Shown one piece after another: positions 27,953-37,726 of a DNA stretch of 64,000 nucleotides. The notes beneath the pieces were generated by a model, which did not search any database, was not told the DNA's origin, and was given only the letters and a program-made list of their open reading frames with translations. Positions within the stretch are counted from its first letter, which is position 1. Each line of letters starts with the position of its first letter. A program made the translations under genes and the position numbers. This DNA is from a virus (taxonomy: Duplodnaviria > Caudoviricetes), in the IMG/VR virus record IMGVR_UViG_3300024346_000005, one strand, 5' to 3'.

Positions 27953-30130
27953 ATGACCGTAAATTTTGAAGTAAAAGGTATGCTTGCCCGTCTTCTGGCA
28001 ACGGAAGACCTGATTGTGGAACACAAGAAGGTTGAGACTGCCTGCTTTAATGTTCATACGCGGGTCCTGACGCTTCCTATGTGGCAGAAGGCAAGTAATT
28101 GTGTCTATGATATGTTGGTTGCCCATGAGGTATCCCATTCACTTTATACACCTGATGAAGACTGGACGGAGCAGGTTAGGGTTCCTCAACAGTTTGTGAA
28201 TGTCTGTGAGGATGCTCGTGTGGAGAAACTCATCAAACGCCGTTATGCCGGATTGGCAAAGACCTTCTATGGTGCCTATCGGGAACTTCAGGAAGAAGAT
28301 TTCTTTCAGATTGGTGATGATGACCTTTCAACACACAATCTTGCCGACCGTGCGAACCTTTACTTCAAGGTTGGTAATTTCTTGACTCTTGAATTTACCA
28401 ATAGGGAGCAAGAAATTGTTGATATGATTGGCAAGGCAGAAACCTTTGATGAAACTCTGGATGCTGCCAAGGTTCTTTATGATTACTGTAAGCAAAAGCA
28501 AGAAGAACAAACAAAACTTCCGAGTATTGATAATCACGAAAAGTCTTCTGGTTCTGGTGCCGGAGAGCAACCCGAAGAACAGCAAGAACTTTCTCCCGAA
28601 GAGGATGGTGAAGGTGAGAGTGATAAGCAACAGACTTCTGAGTCTGAGCAACAAACTCAAGGCGAAAAGTTTGATGACCAGAATACCCAACAAACTGGTG
28701 GACAACACGCCGAACCAGATGTGAAGACTATGAGTTCTCTTGAGGAAAACCTTAAGGAACTGGTGAATAACAACATTCAGGAAACTAATTATATTGAAGT
28801 TCCTAAATTGAATCTGGATTCGGTGATTATTTCTAATCAAATTATTCACAATACTTGTAAAGATAATTGGGAGAAGCAACTCTTTATTCACGAAGATAGT
28901 GAAATCTTTACCACAGTGGATGCCGAGTATGTATCTTTTAAGCGTTCGGCACAAAAGGAAGTCAATTATCTGGTGAAAGAGTTTGAGTGTCGTAAGGCAG
29001 CAGACTCTTATGCCAGAGCATCAGTTTCTAAGACTGGTGTTCTGGACTGTACGAAACTTCATACCTATAAGTATCAGGAGGATTTGTTTAAGAAAGTAAC
29101 CACATTTGCCACCGGTAAAAATCACGGTCTGGTTTTTATTCTTGATTGGTCTGGGTCTATGAGTAATGTTCTTATGGATACGGTCAAGCAACTTTATAAT
29201 CTTATTTGGTTCTGTAATAAGGTTAATATTCCTTTTGAGGTTTATGCCTTTACAAATGATTGGAACTATAGGTCTTCATATGATGCCGATGGTAAAGTGA
29301 CTAGTACTCCTCAAGAACATACAGTTCGTAAAGAAAATGAACTAGTGGTTGATTATACATTTGGTCTTCTGAATCTCTTTACCAGCAAGGTAAAAAGTTC
29401 GGTTCTTGATACTCAACTCAAGAATATCTACCGGGTTGCCAAACAATATGATCGCACTGGTTGTGGGGGTTGTAAGTATCAATCCCCCCATAAACTAACT
29501 CTTTCTGGAACTCCACTGAATGAGTCACTTGTTGCCTTACATCAGATTCTTCCATATTTTCAGAAAGAACATAAACTTCAGAAAGTCCAGTGTGTAATTC
29601 TGACTGATGGTGAAGCAGCTCCTCTGAAGTATTATCGGGAAGTTAAACGTACTTGGGATAATGGAGAGTCTTATTTGGGATGTAATTATATTCAAGATAA
29701 TTCTTATCTTCGTGACCGTAAGACTGGAAATGTATATAAGTTTTCTGAAAAAAACTGGAATAATAATACGTCTTTTACGGACCTTCTTCTCCGAAATCTT
29801 CGTGATAAGTTTCCCAGCGTGAATTTTATTGGAATGCGTATTCTTGATAGTCGTGATGCCGGGCATTTTATTCGGAATTATACTGGTTATACTGACGGCA
29901 CTTACGATAAAGTGATGTCCCGTTGGAGGAAAGAACGTAGTTTTGCCATTACCTCTTCCGGATATCATACTTACTTTGGTATTTCTTCCTCTGCTCTCAA
30001 TAGTGATAGTGAGTTCAAGGTTGCCGAAGATGCCTCAAAGGCACAAATTAGAACCGCATTTGTCAAGTCTTTGAGTTCTAAAAAAATGAACAAAAAGATT
30101 CTTGGTGAATTTATTCAATTAGTTGCTTAA
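27953..30130 (+). CDS. VWA-domain protein with N-terminal HExxH metallopeptidase-like domain (CobT-like partner of the AAA ATPase)
   Basis: VAHEVSH; acidic Q/E-rich linker; MIDAS residues ILDWSGSM, SGTPL, ILTDGE. Confidence 0.8.
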   Translation: MTVNFEVKGMLARLLATEDLIVEHKKVETACFNVHTRVLTLPMWQKASNCVYDMLVAHEVSHSLYTPDEDWTEQVRVPQQFVNVCEDARVEKLIKRRYAGLAKTFYGAYRELQEEDFFQIGDDDLSTHNLADRANLYFKVGNFLTLEFTNREQEIVDMIGKAETFDETLDAAKVLYDYCKQKQEEQTKLPSIDNHEKSSGSGAGEQPEEQQELSPEEDGEGESDKQQTSESEQQTQGEKFDDQNTQQTGGQHAEPDVKTMSSLEENLKELVNNNIQETNYIEVPKLNLDSVIISNQIIHNTCKDNWEKQLFIHEDSEIFTTVDAEYVSFKRSAQKEVNYLVKEFECRKAADSYARASVSKTGVLDCTKLHTYKYQEDLFKKVTTFATGKNHGLVFILDWSGSMSNVLMDTVKQLYNLIWFCNKVNIPFEVYAFTNDWNYRSSYDADGKVTSTPQEHTVRKENELVVDYTFGLLNLFTSKVKSSVLDTQLKNIYRVAKQYDRTGCGGCKYQSPHKLTLSGTPLNESLVALHQILPYFQKEHKLQKVQCVILTDGEAAPLKYYREVKRTWDNGESYLGCNYIQDNSYLRDRKTGNVYKFSEKNWNNNTSFTDLLLRNLRDKFPSVNFIGMRILDSRDAGHFIRNYTGYTDGTYDKVMSRWRKERSFAITSSGYHTYFGISSSALNSDSEFKVAEDASKAQIRTAFVKSLSSKKMNKKILGEFIQLVA

Positions 30131-30157
30131 CTAAATACTCAAAAAGTGCTTATAAAA

Positions 30158-30715
30158 ATGAAGACCTTTCAGGAATTTATGGTAGAATGCTATTCTATTC
30201 AAGAGACTTCTCTTACTCGTGTAATGAGTAAGTCCGAAAAGGGTGGGATGGCAATTCTTTCTGGGCAGAGGGGTGACAAATCAAAATCAGAAAATAAGGA
30301 AAGGTCTGCAAGAACTGAAAGAAGAATTAGAGGTGCCGGTCTTCCGGGTCCAACAAAAGTATCTGGAAGATATACGGAAAACCCAGGAACTCCAGATGAG
30401 AAAAAAGTGGGTGAAAAATCTCACGTAGTTTCTTCTGGTAAAATGGGTAAGAAGAGGTTTAAGAAAACCATAGAGAAACTTGGAACTGAAAGAGGACTCA
30501 AACAAAAGCGTAATGCTCCTGAAGGTTCATCTAAAGACGACCAAGATTCCGTATTGATTCAACGTAAAGGTGGGGGTGAAGCATCACTCAAAGGAACATC
30601 CAAAACATCTTGGCCTGGTAAAGGTAAGAATGTTGGAGTCGGAAAAATGAAACCAGGAAGAACTGGTGAGTTTGATACAAAAGTCAAAAACAAAACATTT
30701 ACTTATGAAAACTAA
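30158..30715 (+). CDS. Basic hypothetical protein with capsid-targeting-like leader (MKTFQEFMVE)
   Basis: 185 aa; late promoter variant CTAAATA at 30131-30137. Confidence 0.72.
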   Translation: MKTFQEFMVECYSIQETSLTRVMSKSEKGGMAILSGQRGDKSKSENKERSARTERRIRGAGLPGPTKVSGRYTENPGTPDEKKVGEKSHVVSSGKMGKKRFKKTIEKLGTERGLKQKRNAPEGSSKDDQDSVLIQRKGGGEASLKGTSKTSWPGKGKNVGVGKMKPGRTGEFDTKVKNKTFTYEN

Positions 30716-30893
30716 ATTGAGATTAGAACACGTTGTAAATCACGACACCAAAGAAGTTTGGGTGAAGTGTGACAGTGCGATTACTGCTATGGGTATTCCT
30801 GCTATGGTAAATGAATATTATCCTGGTTATAGGGGTCATTGTGCGAGTCTTGAGTACATAGATAAACTACGAAACCAGCAGGTCCAATCTTAA
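30705..30893 (+). CDS. Small hypothetical protein (62 aa)
   Basis: ATG overlaps the upstream gene end (MKTKLRLEHV...). Confidence 0.55.
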   Translation: MKTKLRLEHVVNHDTKEVWVKCDSAITAMGIPAMVNEYYPGYRGHCASLEYIDKLRNQQVQS

Positions 30894-30938
30894 AACCGTC
30901 CATAGGGGGTCCCACGACCCCCTTTTTTATTGTATAAT
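30884..30938 (+). promoter_or_regulatory. Promoter with degenerate upstream palindrome, overlapping terminator and TG-TATAAT
   Basis: CCAATC-ttaa-AACCGT 30884-30899; hairpin AGGGGGT-cccacg-ACCCCCT; TATAAT 30933-30938. Confidence 0.55.
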
Positions 30939-30971
30939 TACTTCAGTTAAACAAAACCACCTAACTAGATT

Positions 30972-32117
30972 ATGCCTCGCAAAACTGCCGTGAATGACGC
31001 CCAACTGATTGAAGCAATCAAAGAACTTTATGGTACTGAAATTACTTCTGGCGACCTCAAGGGTTTCTGTGCCTCTCGTTCGCTCAACTATCAAACCGTA
31101 AGCAATAAACTCTCACAATACAAAACTTCCCGTGGCAAATGGAACCTTGAAGTGACTCAAGAGCGTGTAGAAGAGATTGAGCGTTCTTTCCAAAATGTTG
31201 CGGTTCTTCCTGAGCATCAGCAAAACCTTATTCCCGATAAAGATGATACCTTCGTCAAGTTTGGTAGTTTTGCTGATGTTAAAAAAATTCTTCAGTCCCG
31301 TCTTTTTTATCCTACGTTCATTACGGGTCTTTCGGGTAATGGTAAAACGTTCAGTGTGGAGCAAGCGTGTGCTCAACTAAAGCGGGAACTTATCCGTGTG
31401 AATATCACTATTGAAACCGATGAGGATGATTTGATTGGTGGTTTCCGTCTCGTGAATGGTGAAACTGCTTGGCACAACGGTCCTGTGATTGAGGCACTTG
31501 AGCGTGGTGCCGTATTGCTTCTGGATGAGGTTGACCTTGCTTCCAATAAAATCCTGTGCCTTCAATCCATTCTTGAAGGTAAGGGTGTGTTCCTGAAAAA
31601 AATCGGACGGTTCGTCAAACCTGCTCCCGGATTCAACGTGATTGCCACCGCAAACACCAAGGGAAAGGGTTCTGAGGACGGTAGGTTCATCGGCACCAAC
31701 GTGCTCAACGAAGCGTTCCTAGAGCGGTTCTGCGTGACCTTTGAGCAACCATATCCTGCTGCTGCTACTGAGATTCGCATCCTTCAGGGAATCGCAGCAT
31801 CTCTGGGTCTTACCGAGATTGATGATTTTTGTAAGCGGTTGGCAGATTGGGGTGACGTAATCCGTAAGACATTCTATGATGGTGGTATTGAAGAAATTAT
31901 CTCTACCCGCCGACTGGTTCATATCGTCCGTGCCTACAGCATCTTTGGTGATAAGGCAAAAGCAATTCAGGTTTGTATCAATCGTTTTGATGATGAAACC
32001 AAAACTGCCTTCTTGGAACTGTACGATAAGATTGATGCCGATTTTGTAATGCCTTCCGAAACTCTTGAACTGACTATTGAGGGTGGTAGGGAGATTGACA
32101 TTAACCTTCCCTTCTGA
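30972..32117 (+). CDS. MoxR/CobS-like AAA+ ATPase
   Basis: Walker A GLSGNGKT, Walker B LLLDEVD, ATANTKG, NEAFLERF, ISTRRL. Confidence 0.88.
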   Translation: MPRKTAVNDAQLIEAIKELYGTEITSGDLKGFCASRSLNYQTVSNKLSQYKTSRGKWNLEVTQERVEEIERSFQNVAVLPEHQQNLIPDKDDTFVKFGSFADVKKILQSRLFYPTFITGLSGNGKTFSVEQACAQLKRELIRVNITIETDEDDLIGGFRLVNGETAWHNGPVIEALERGAVLLLDEVDLASNKILCLQSILEGKGVFLKKIGRFVKPAPGFNVIATANTKGKGSEDGRFIGTNVLNEAFLERFCVTFEQPYPAAATEIRILQGIAASLGLTEIDDFCKRLADWGDVIRKTFYDGGIEEIISTRRLVHIVRAYSIFGDKAKAIQVCINRFDDETKTAFLELYDKIDADFVMPSETLELTIEGGREIDINLPF

Positions 32118-32123
32118 TATAAT
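32095..32123 (+). promoter_or_regulatory. Consensus sigma70 promoter
   Basis: TTGACA-17 bp-TATAAT. Confidence 0.8.
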
Positions 32124-32138
32124 TGGGGGAGGTTAATT

Positions 32139-32582
32139 ATGACTTCTCCCCTTATGTTTGGACCTGAAGACGAACAAAATCTTATCAATAAATTCAATCT
32201 CACTATGAATGGTGAGACTGGCATACTTAATGTTACAAAAACTCCTGTTACTATGACTGATAAAACAAATCATCTTTGGAAATACAACGAAGATAAAATC
32301 CTTAAAGATGTTGAAGAATATGTGACTACTACCTATCACGGTCATTACTGTGGTGATAGTGATGGTTATGCCGATATTCAGACTATTGACCTGATGGCAG
32401 CAAAAAAACTGGCAGCAGGTTTCTGTCAGGCAAACATCCTGAAGTATGGTTCTCGTTATGGGGACAAGGATGGTCGCAATAAGCGTGACTTGATGAAAGT
32501 CATTCACTATGCTATGCTACTTCTCCACTTTGACGGGCATTATACTCGTAAAGATAATGGACTCTCCGAATTCAATCGCTGA
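32139..32582 (+). CDS. Conserved hypothetical protein, DUF3310-like
   Basis: HY..IQTIDL..FCQANILKY.SRYG.K..DL.KVIHY pattern; GGAGG Shine-Dalgarno. Confidence 0.6.
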   Translation: MTSPLMFGPEDEQNLINKFNLTMNGETGILNVTKTPVTMTDKTNHLWKYNEDKILKDVEEYVTTTYHGHYCGDSDGYADIQTIDLMAAKKLAAGFCQANILKYGSRYGDKDGRNKRDLMKVIHYAMLLLHFDGHYTRKDNGLSEFNR

Positions 32583-32587
32583 TTATT

Positions 32588-33277
32588 ATGAAACTGAAAG
32601 AAAACACTATGAAACTCTCTGACAATACTCTGACTCTTCTCAAGAACTTTGCCGGTATCAATCAGTCTATTCTCGTAAAGCAGGGTAATAAACTTCGCAC
32701 AATTTCTATTGCCAAGAACATTTTGGCAGAGGCAGAAATTACCGAAGATTTCCCTCGTGAATTTGCGGTTTATGACCTGAATCAGTTCCTGAATGGTTTG
32801 AGTCTTCATCAGGACCCAGACCTTGATTTTACCGAAGATTCTTATATTACCATTCGTGAAGGTAAGCGTAGGGTCAAGTATTTCTATGCCGACCCTAACG
32901 TAATCATTTCTCCTCCAGAAAAAGAAATCAAACTTCCTTCCGAAGATGTGTGTTTTCAGTTGGAAACTGGTTCTCTGGAGAAACTGGTGAAAGCAGCAGG
33001 AGTTTATCAGTTGCCTGATATTTCGGCAATTGGTGATGCCGGTGTGATTCGTCTGGTGGTTCGTGATAAGAAGAATGATACTTCTAACGAATACTCTATC
33101 GTTGTGGGTGAAACTGACGAACAATTTACTTTCAACTTCAAGGTTGAGAACATCAGTAAGATTGTTTCTGGTGCCTATAATGTGGTTGTGTCACGGAAAC
33201 TTCTGTCACAATTTACCAACACGAAGCACAATCTTTCTTACTGGATTGCTCTGGAACCAGACAGCACTTTTAATTGA
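32588..33277 (+). CDS. gp45: Sliding clamp gp45
   Basis: LKNFAGINQSI, FAVYDLNQFL, YWIALE. Confidence 0.93.
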   Translation: MKLKENTMKLSDNTLTLLKNFAGINQSILVKQGNKLRTISIAKNILAEAEITEDFPREFAVYDLNQFLNGLSLHQDPDLDFTEDSYITIREGKRRVKYFYADPNVIISPPEKEIKLPSEDVCFQLETGSLEKLVKAAGVYQLPDISAIGDAGVIRLVVRDKKNDTSNEYSIVVGETDEQFTFNFKVENISKIVSGAYNVVVSRKLLSQFTNTKHNLSYWIALEPDSTFN

Positions 33278-33293
33278 TTCTTTCTTCTTTATT

Positions 33294-33698
33294 ATGGAAT
33301 TTCTACTCTATTTGACTCCTGCTGGTCAGGAAATAATTAGCAAAATTATGCTAAAGAATTATAATGTTAGAGAAAATGCTCCAGTCTGTAGAGACAAGCA
33401 GTTATTTGGACTTCTAAAGTCTCCCGACTTTATAATTTGTTTAGATAATATCAAAAACACAATTAGTCCAGTAAAGCATTATGTAAATGAAACTGTGTAT
33501 CACGAAGCAGTTCACGTTGCACAGGCGTGTAAGGGTGGTAAACTGGGAATATCTGCTTCTCTGAACCAGTATAAACTAAATGATGTTATGCGGTCAGTAA
33601 AGGCAACTGGTTCATATGCCATTTATGAAACAGAGGCATATTATCTAGAAGATAAACCAGAAGAAGTTCTTTACCATCTTAAGAAATATTGTTTCTGA
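33294..33698 (+). CDS. Hypothetical protein with HExxH motif
   Basis: YHEAVHVAQ and downstream ETEAY; start at MEFLLYLTP. Confidence 0.6.
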   Translation: MEFLLYLTPAGQEIISKIMLKNYNVRENAPVCRDKQLFGLLKSPDFIICLDNIKNTISPVKHYVNETVYHEAVHVAQACKGGKLGISASLNQYKLNDVMRSVKATGSYAIYETEAYYLEDKPEEVLYHLKKYCF

Positions 33699-34210
33699 TG
33701 AATATTTTTGTTACTTCTGAATTTCCGGCAGAGTCTGCAATTTGTCTTCCGGACAAACACATAGTTAAAATGCCGCTTGAATGCTGTCAAATGCTCTCTA
33801 TTGTAGCATCAACAAAGTGGGGACACGATTATGGAACTCTTCCTAAAAAAGATGGAACTCCATATGCAACGGAGAAAGGTGCTTTCCGTAATCATCCCTG
33901 TACTCAATGGGCAGCAAAGACTATTGATAATGCCTACTGGCTAATTAAGTGGGGTATGAATCTGTGTGATGAATATACGTTGCGGTATGGTAAGACCCAT
34001 TCGTGCTACAATACTCTTGTAGATGCCTACTATTTGTTTCCTAAGGGGAAGATTACTAATGTAACACCATTTGCCCGTGCTATGCCCGATGAATATAAAT
34101 TTGACACAAGCATTGACACTTTTACTGCTTACAAGATGTATATTGCATCCAAACCTTGGGTTGCATCTAATTATCTTCGTATGCCACAAAGAAAACCTGA
34201 ATGGATTTGA
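33698..34210 (+). CDS. Putative pyrimidine-dimer DNA glycosylase (DenV-family-like) protein
   Basis: MNIF..DKHIVKMPLECCQML, NHPCTQW, F.RAMPDEYK pattern recalled for this family. Confidence 0.5.
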   Translation: MNIFVTSEFPAESAICLPDKHIVKMPLECCQMLSIVASTKWGHDYGTLPKKDGTPYATEKGAFRNHPCTQWAAKTIDNAYWLIKWGMNLCDEYTLRYGKTHSCYNTLVDAYYLFPKGKITNVTPFARAMPDEYKFDTSIDTFTAYKMYIASKPWVASNYLRMPQRKPEWI

Positions 34211-34216
34211 TTGATT

Positions 34217-35158
34217 ATGAGTGATTTCTTATGGTGCGAACGATACCGCCCAAAAACAATTGAAGAATGTATTCTTCCCGAACAGACTAAAAAGTCGTTT
34301 CAAGATTTTCTAAATAGTGGCGAACTGCCTAACTTGCTTCTTTGTGGTCCTGCTGGTGTGGGAAAAACCACTGTGGCAAAGGCACTATGTAATGAATTGG
34401 GGGTAGATTGTTATGTCATCAATGGATCCGACGAAGGTAGATTCCTCGATACTGTCCGAAACAATGCGAAAAACTTCGCTTCGACCGTCTCACTTTCGTC
34501 AGATGCTAAACACAAAGTCGTCCTTATTGATGAGGCAGATAACACAAGTAACGATGTTCAACTCCTCTTACGGGCGTTTATTGAGGAATTTGCTGGTAAT
34601 TGTCGATTCATCTTCACCTGCAACTACAAAAACAAAATCATTGAACCTCTTCACTCCCGATGTGCCGTCATTGACTTCACAATCAAAGGAAAAGAAAAGA
34701 CTAAGTTGGCAGGATCCTTCTTCAAGCGTCTACAAAACATCCTGGATAAGGAGAGCGTCAGATATGATCCGAAGGTCCTTGCGGAACTAATAAACAAACA
34801 CTTCCCAGACTTCAGACGGGTCACCAACGAATGTCAAAGATATTCTGTTAGTGGTGAAATTGATTCGGGTATTTTGGCATCCTTTTCGGACATCTCCGTA
34901 AATGAACTAAACAAGTATCTGAAAGAAAAGAACTTTTCCGAAGTTCGTAAGTGGGTTGTTTCCAATTTGGATAATGACACCAATATCATTTTGCGTCGTA
35001 TCTATGACTCCTTGTACGATGTTCTTGATGGACCTTCTATTGCTGCCGCAGTATTAGTTGTGGCAAAGTATCAATATCAATCGGCATTTGTTGCGGACCA
35101 AGAGATAAATCTTCTTGCTTGCTTGACTGAAATAATGGTGGAGTGCAATTTCAAGTGA
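34217..35158 (+). CDS. gp44: Clamp loader large subunit gp44
   Basis: LWCERYRP, GPAGVGKTT, IDEAD, PLHSRC. Confidence 0.95.
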   Translation: MSDFLWCERYRPKTIEECILPEQTKKSFQDFLNSGELPNLLLCGPAGVGKTTVAKALCNELGVDCYVINGSDEGRFLDTVRNNAKNFASTVSLSSDAKHKVVLIDEADNTSNDVQLLLRAFIEEFAGNCRFIFTCNYKNKIIEPLHSRCAVIDFTIKGKEKTKLAGSFFKRLQNILDKESVRYDPKVLAELINKHFPDFRRVTNECQRYSVSGEIDSGILASFSDISVNELNKYLKEKNFSEVRKWVVSNLDNDTNIILRRIYDSLYDVLDGPSIAAAVLVVAKYQYQSAFVADQEINLLACLTEIMVECNFK

Positions 35159-35373
35159 ACCAGTATAAAATCTCATATAAGAATCTTAAAGAAGAACCTG
35201 TTAAAACAACTCCAGAGAATGTGAAAGAGGCAAATGAAGCACTCTTTCGTGCTAAAATGACTCTTCCTGCTGCAGCAAAGCACTGTGGTATGACGCATAA
35301 AGAAATGAAACTTACCTTTTGGGAATACTTGAAGTATCACAAATCTGATTATGAAAACACAGAAATCTCTTAA
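35155..35373 (+). CDS. Small hypothetical protein (possible HTH)
   Basis: GTG overlapping the gp44 stop; LPAAAKHCGMT..EMK. Confidence 0.55.
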   Translation: MNQYKISYKNLKEEPVKTTPENVKEANEALFRAKMTLPAAAKHCGMTHKEMKLTFWEYLKYHKSDYENTEIS

Positions 35374-36262
35374 AACCCCTTTGCGGTATCCTGGCGGCAA
35401 GTCCCGTGCTTGTACCAAGATGGACCCTTATTTCCCAGATCTTCGTAATTATGATGAGTTCCGAGAACCATTTCTTGGCGGTGGTTCTGTGGCAATTCAT
35501 ATTACTAAAAAATATCCAGACCTCAAGATTTGGGTGAATGACCTTTATTCTCCGCTTGTAATCTTCTGGCAGCAACTCCAGATGTTTGGAACGGAACTTA
35601 AGGACCATCTCTTACATTTTAAGAGTGCCTGCCCTGATCCTGATTCTGCAAGGGGGTTGTTTGACATCTCTAAAACTATCCTAAATGATCCTAAGACTGG
35701 AGATTTTGAGCGAGCAGTCAGATTTTATATCGTCAATAAGTGCTCCTTTAGTGGTCTTACCGAAAGTTCTTCTTTTTCTCCACAAGCATCGAATAGCAAT
35801 TTTTCACTGAGAGGTATTGAAAAACTTTCGGAGTATTCTAAACTGATTGCAAATTGGCGTATAACTAATTATTCCTATGATTATCTAATGGATGGAAACA
35901 AAGGTGCTTTTATGTATCTCGATCCTCCTTATGACATTAAGGATAATCTCTATGGGCGTAAGGGATCAATGCACAAAGGATTTGATCACGATAAGTTTGC
36001 TGCTGATTGCGATTCTAATAATATGGATCAATTAGTGAGTTATAATTCAGATCAACTTGTAAAAGATAGATTTACGAACTGGACTGCCGCTGAGTTTGAT
36101 TTAACTTATACGATGCGTTCAGTAGGTGAATATATGAGAGATCAAAAACAACGTAAAGAACTGCTATTATTTAATTACACAAAAACTCCCAAAATCCAAT
36201 TTAATTTTGATGGATGTTATAATTACAATAGATTAAAAAGTGAGGGATTGATTGGTGACTGA
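35351..36262 (+). CDS. dam: DNA adenine methyltransferase (Dam/D12 class)
   Basis: LRYPGGKS, EPFLGGGS, YLDPPY. Confidence 0.9.
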   Translation: MKTQKSLKTPLRYPGGKSRACTKMDPYFPDLRNYDEFREPFLGGGSVAIHITKKYPDLKIWVNDLYSPLVIFWQQLQMFGTELKDHLLHFKSACPDPDSARGLFDISKTILNDPKTGDFERAVRFYIVNKCSFSGLTESSSFSPQASNSNFSLRGIEKLSEYSKLIANWRITNYSYDYLMDGNKGAFMYLDPPYDIKDNLYGRKGSMHKGFDHDKFAADCDSNNMDQLVSYNSDQLVKDRFTNWTAAEFDLTYTMRSVGEYMRDQKQRKELLLFNYTKTPKIQFNFDGCYNYNRLKSEGLIGD

Positions 36263-36638
36263 ATTGAAGGACTGGTTGAACTCGATCAATCAAACAAAGA
36301 AGAACCTGATTGACGAAGACCCTTCAACTGAGAAGGGGTATGCACCATATATTATCAATCGGTGTCTTTCCGGAGAAATTGATTGTATTATGTTTGTTAA
36401 TGAATTGAATCAGTATCATTTTCTTCCTAAAAAAATGCAATATGACTTTCTTATAAATATTCTGAGAGTTAAGAGGAGATATTCTCCTTGGATTCGTAAA
36501 GATAAAATCAAAGATCTTGATATTGTCAAGCGTTATTATGGTTATAGTAATGAAAAGGCACAGCAGGCTTTGAGGATTCTAACAAAAGAACAACTAACAT
36601 TTATTAAATCGAAATTTGAAACTGGAGGAACAAAATGA
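36255..36638 (+). CDS. gp62: Clamp loader small subunit gp62
   Basis: LKDWLNSIN, PYIINR, QYDFL, YYGYS.EKA. Confidence 0.88.
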   Translation: MTELKDWLNSINQTKKNLIDEDPSTEKGYAPYIINRCLSGEIDCIMFVNELNQYHFLPKKMQYDFLINILRVKRRYSPWIRKDKIKDLDIVKRYYGYSNEKAQQALRILTKEQLTFIKSKFETGGTK

Positions 36639-37075
36639 GTGTCGTTCAAGAACCCACTGTACAATGGTCGCCTGATATGATGATAGAAGTCATTCTGAAT
36701 GAACCAGATGATTTCTTAAAAGTTCGTGAAACTTTGACTCGTATTGGAGTTGCCTCAAGAAAAGAGAAGAAACTTTATCAGAGTTGTCACATTCTTCATA
36801 AGCAAGGTCGTTATTTTATTACACACTTTAAAGAACTTTTTGCTCTGGATGGCAAACACGCAAACTTAACTGTAAATGATATTCAGCGTCGTAATCGTAT
36901 CGTTCAGTTAATTGCTGATTGGGGATTGGTTGAAGTAGTTGATGTGAGCAAGGTTCAGGATATTGCCCCTCTAAATCAAATTAAAGTTCTCCCGCATAAG
37001 GAAAAAGGTGACTGGATTCTAGAGACTAAGTATAATATTGGTTCTAAGAAGAAAAAGGTTGAAGAAACCGAATAA
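36635..37075 (+). CDS. regA: Translational repressor RegA
   Basis: DDFLKVRETLTRIG, CHILHKQGRYFITHFKELF, WILETKY. Confidence 0.95.
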   Translation: MSVVQEPTVQWSPDMMIEVILNEPDDFLKVRETLTRIGVASRKEKKLYQSCHILHKQGRYFITHFKELFALDGKHANLTVNDIQRRNRIVQLIADWGLVEVVDVSKVQDIAPLNQIKVLPHKEKGDWILETKYNIGSKKKKVEETE

Positions 37076-37081
37076 TAAAGT

Positions 37082-37105
37082 AGGGAGTTCAACACTCCCT
37101 TTTTT
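37082..37105 (+). terminator. Terminator after regA
   Basis: AGGGAGT-tcaac-ACTCCCT plus T run. Confidence 0.75.
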
Positions 37106-37184
37106 ATTATGAACTCATATATAATAGTAAGGACGCCTTCGGGGTCCACAAAACACAAACTCGCTTTAAAAAGGAGCTACCATA

Positions 37185-37619
37185 ATGACTAATCTTACGA
37201 GATATACTGCTGCGGATCTTCCTGCTCTAATGGATAGGATTACTCGCAATAGTATTGGAATGGACGAATATTTTGATCGTCTATTCAATCTTCACGAAAC
37301 TACAAATAACTATCCACCCTACAATCTAATTCAGGTAAATAATGTAGAGTCTCATTTAGAGATTGCACTTGCAGGATTTAAGAGAGGAGAAGTAAATGTC
37401 TTCACAGAGTATGGAAAACTTTTTGTCGAAGGGCAAAAATCAGATACTGAATCGGATAGGACGTTTGTCCACAAGGGTCTGGCTCAACGAAGTTTCAAAA
37501 GAGCATGGACACTATCAGACGACACCGAAGTCCGAGAAGTCACCTTTGAGGACGGACTACTTACCATTCGACTAGGTAAGATTGTTCCAGAACACCACAG
37601 CAGAAAAGAGTACCTATAA
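37185..37619 (+). CDS. hsp20: Small heat shock protein Hsp20
   Basis: NYPPYN, ALAGF, HKGLAQRSFKRAWTL, DGLLTI. Confidence 0.93.
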   Translation: MTNLTRYTAADLPALMDRITRNSIGMDEYFDRLFNLHETTNNYPPYNLIQVNNVESHLEIALAGFKRGEVNVFTEYGKLFVEGQKSDTESDRTFVHKGLAQRSFKRAWTLSDDTEVREVTFEDGLLTIRLGKIVPEHHSRKEYL

Positions 37620-37622
37620 ATA
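37615..37622 (+). promoter_or_regulatory. Late promoter overlapping the hsp20 stop
   Basis: Exact TATAAATA; no ORF before the next terminator. Confidence 0.55.
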
Positions 37623-37627
37623 CTTGA

Positions 37628-37695
37628 GGCTGCCCCAAAAATATCGTTGCCGCAGGGAGGTAACTGGCAAAAACCAGTTGACACCTCCCTTTTTT
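37628..37695 (+). ncRNA. Candidate small RNA of about 68 nt
   Basis: Between a late promoter and a 13-bp bulged hairpin plus T6; no ORF. Confidence 0.3.
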
Positions 37696-37705
37696 ATGCT
37701 ATAAT
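37655..37705 (+). promoter_or_regulatory. Terminator overlapped with the sigma70 promoter of the polymerase operon
   Basis: Hairpin GGGAGGT-AACTGG/CCAGTT-ACCTCCC; TTGACA 37678-37683, TGc-TATAAT 37700-37705. Confidence 0.7.
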
Positions 37706-37726
37706 GAATTGAGAGGAAAACTAAAA

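Noticed and set aside
36175-36262. Extra C-terminal tail on Dam running into the gp62 start
   Set aside because: Could be a simple stop-codon shift; no independent evidence of function
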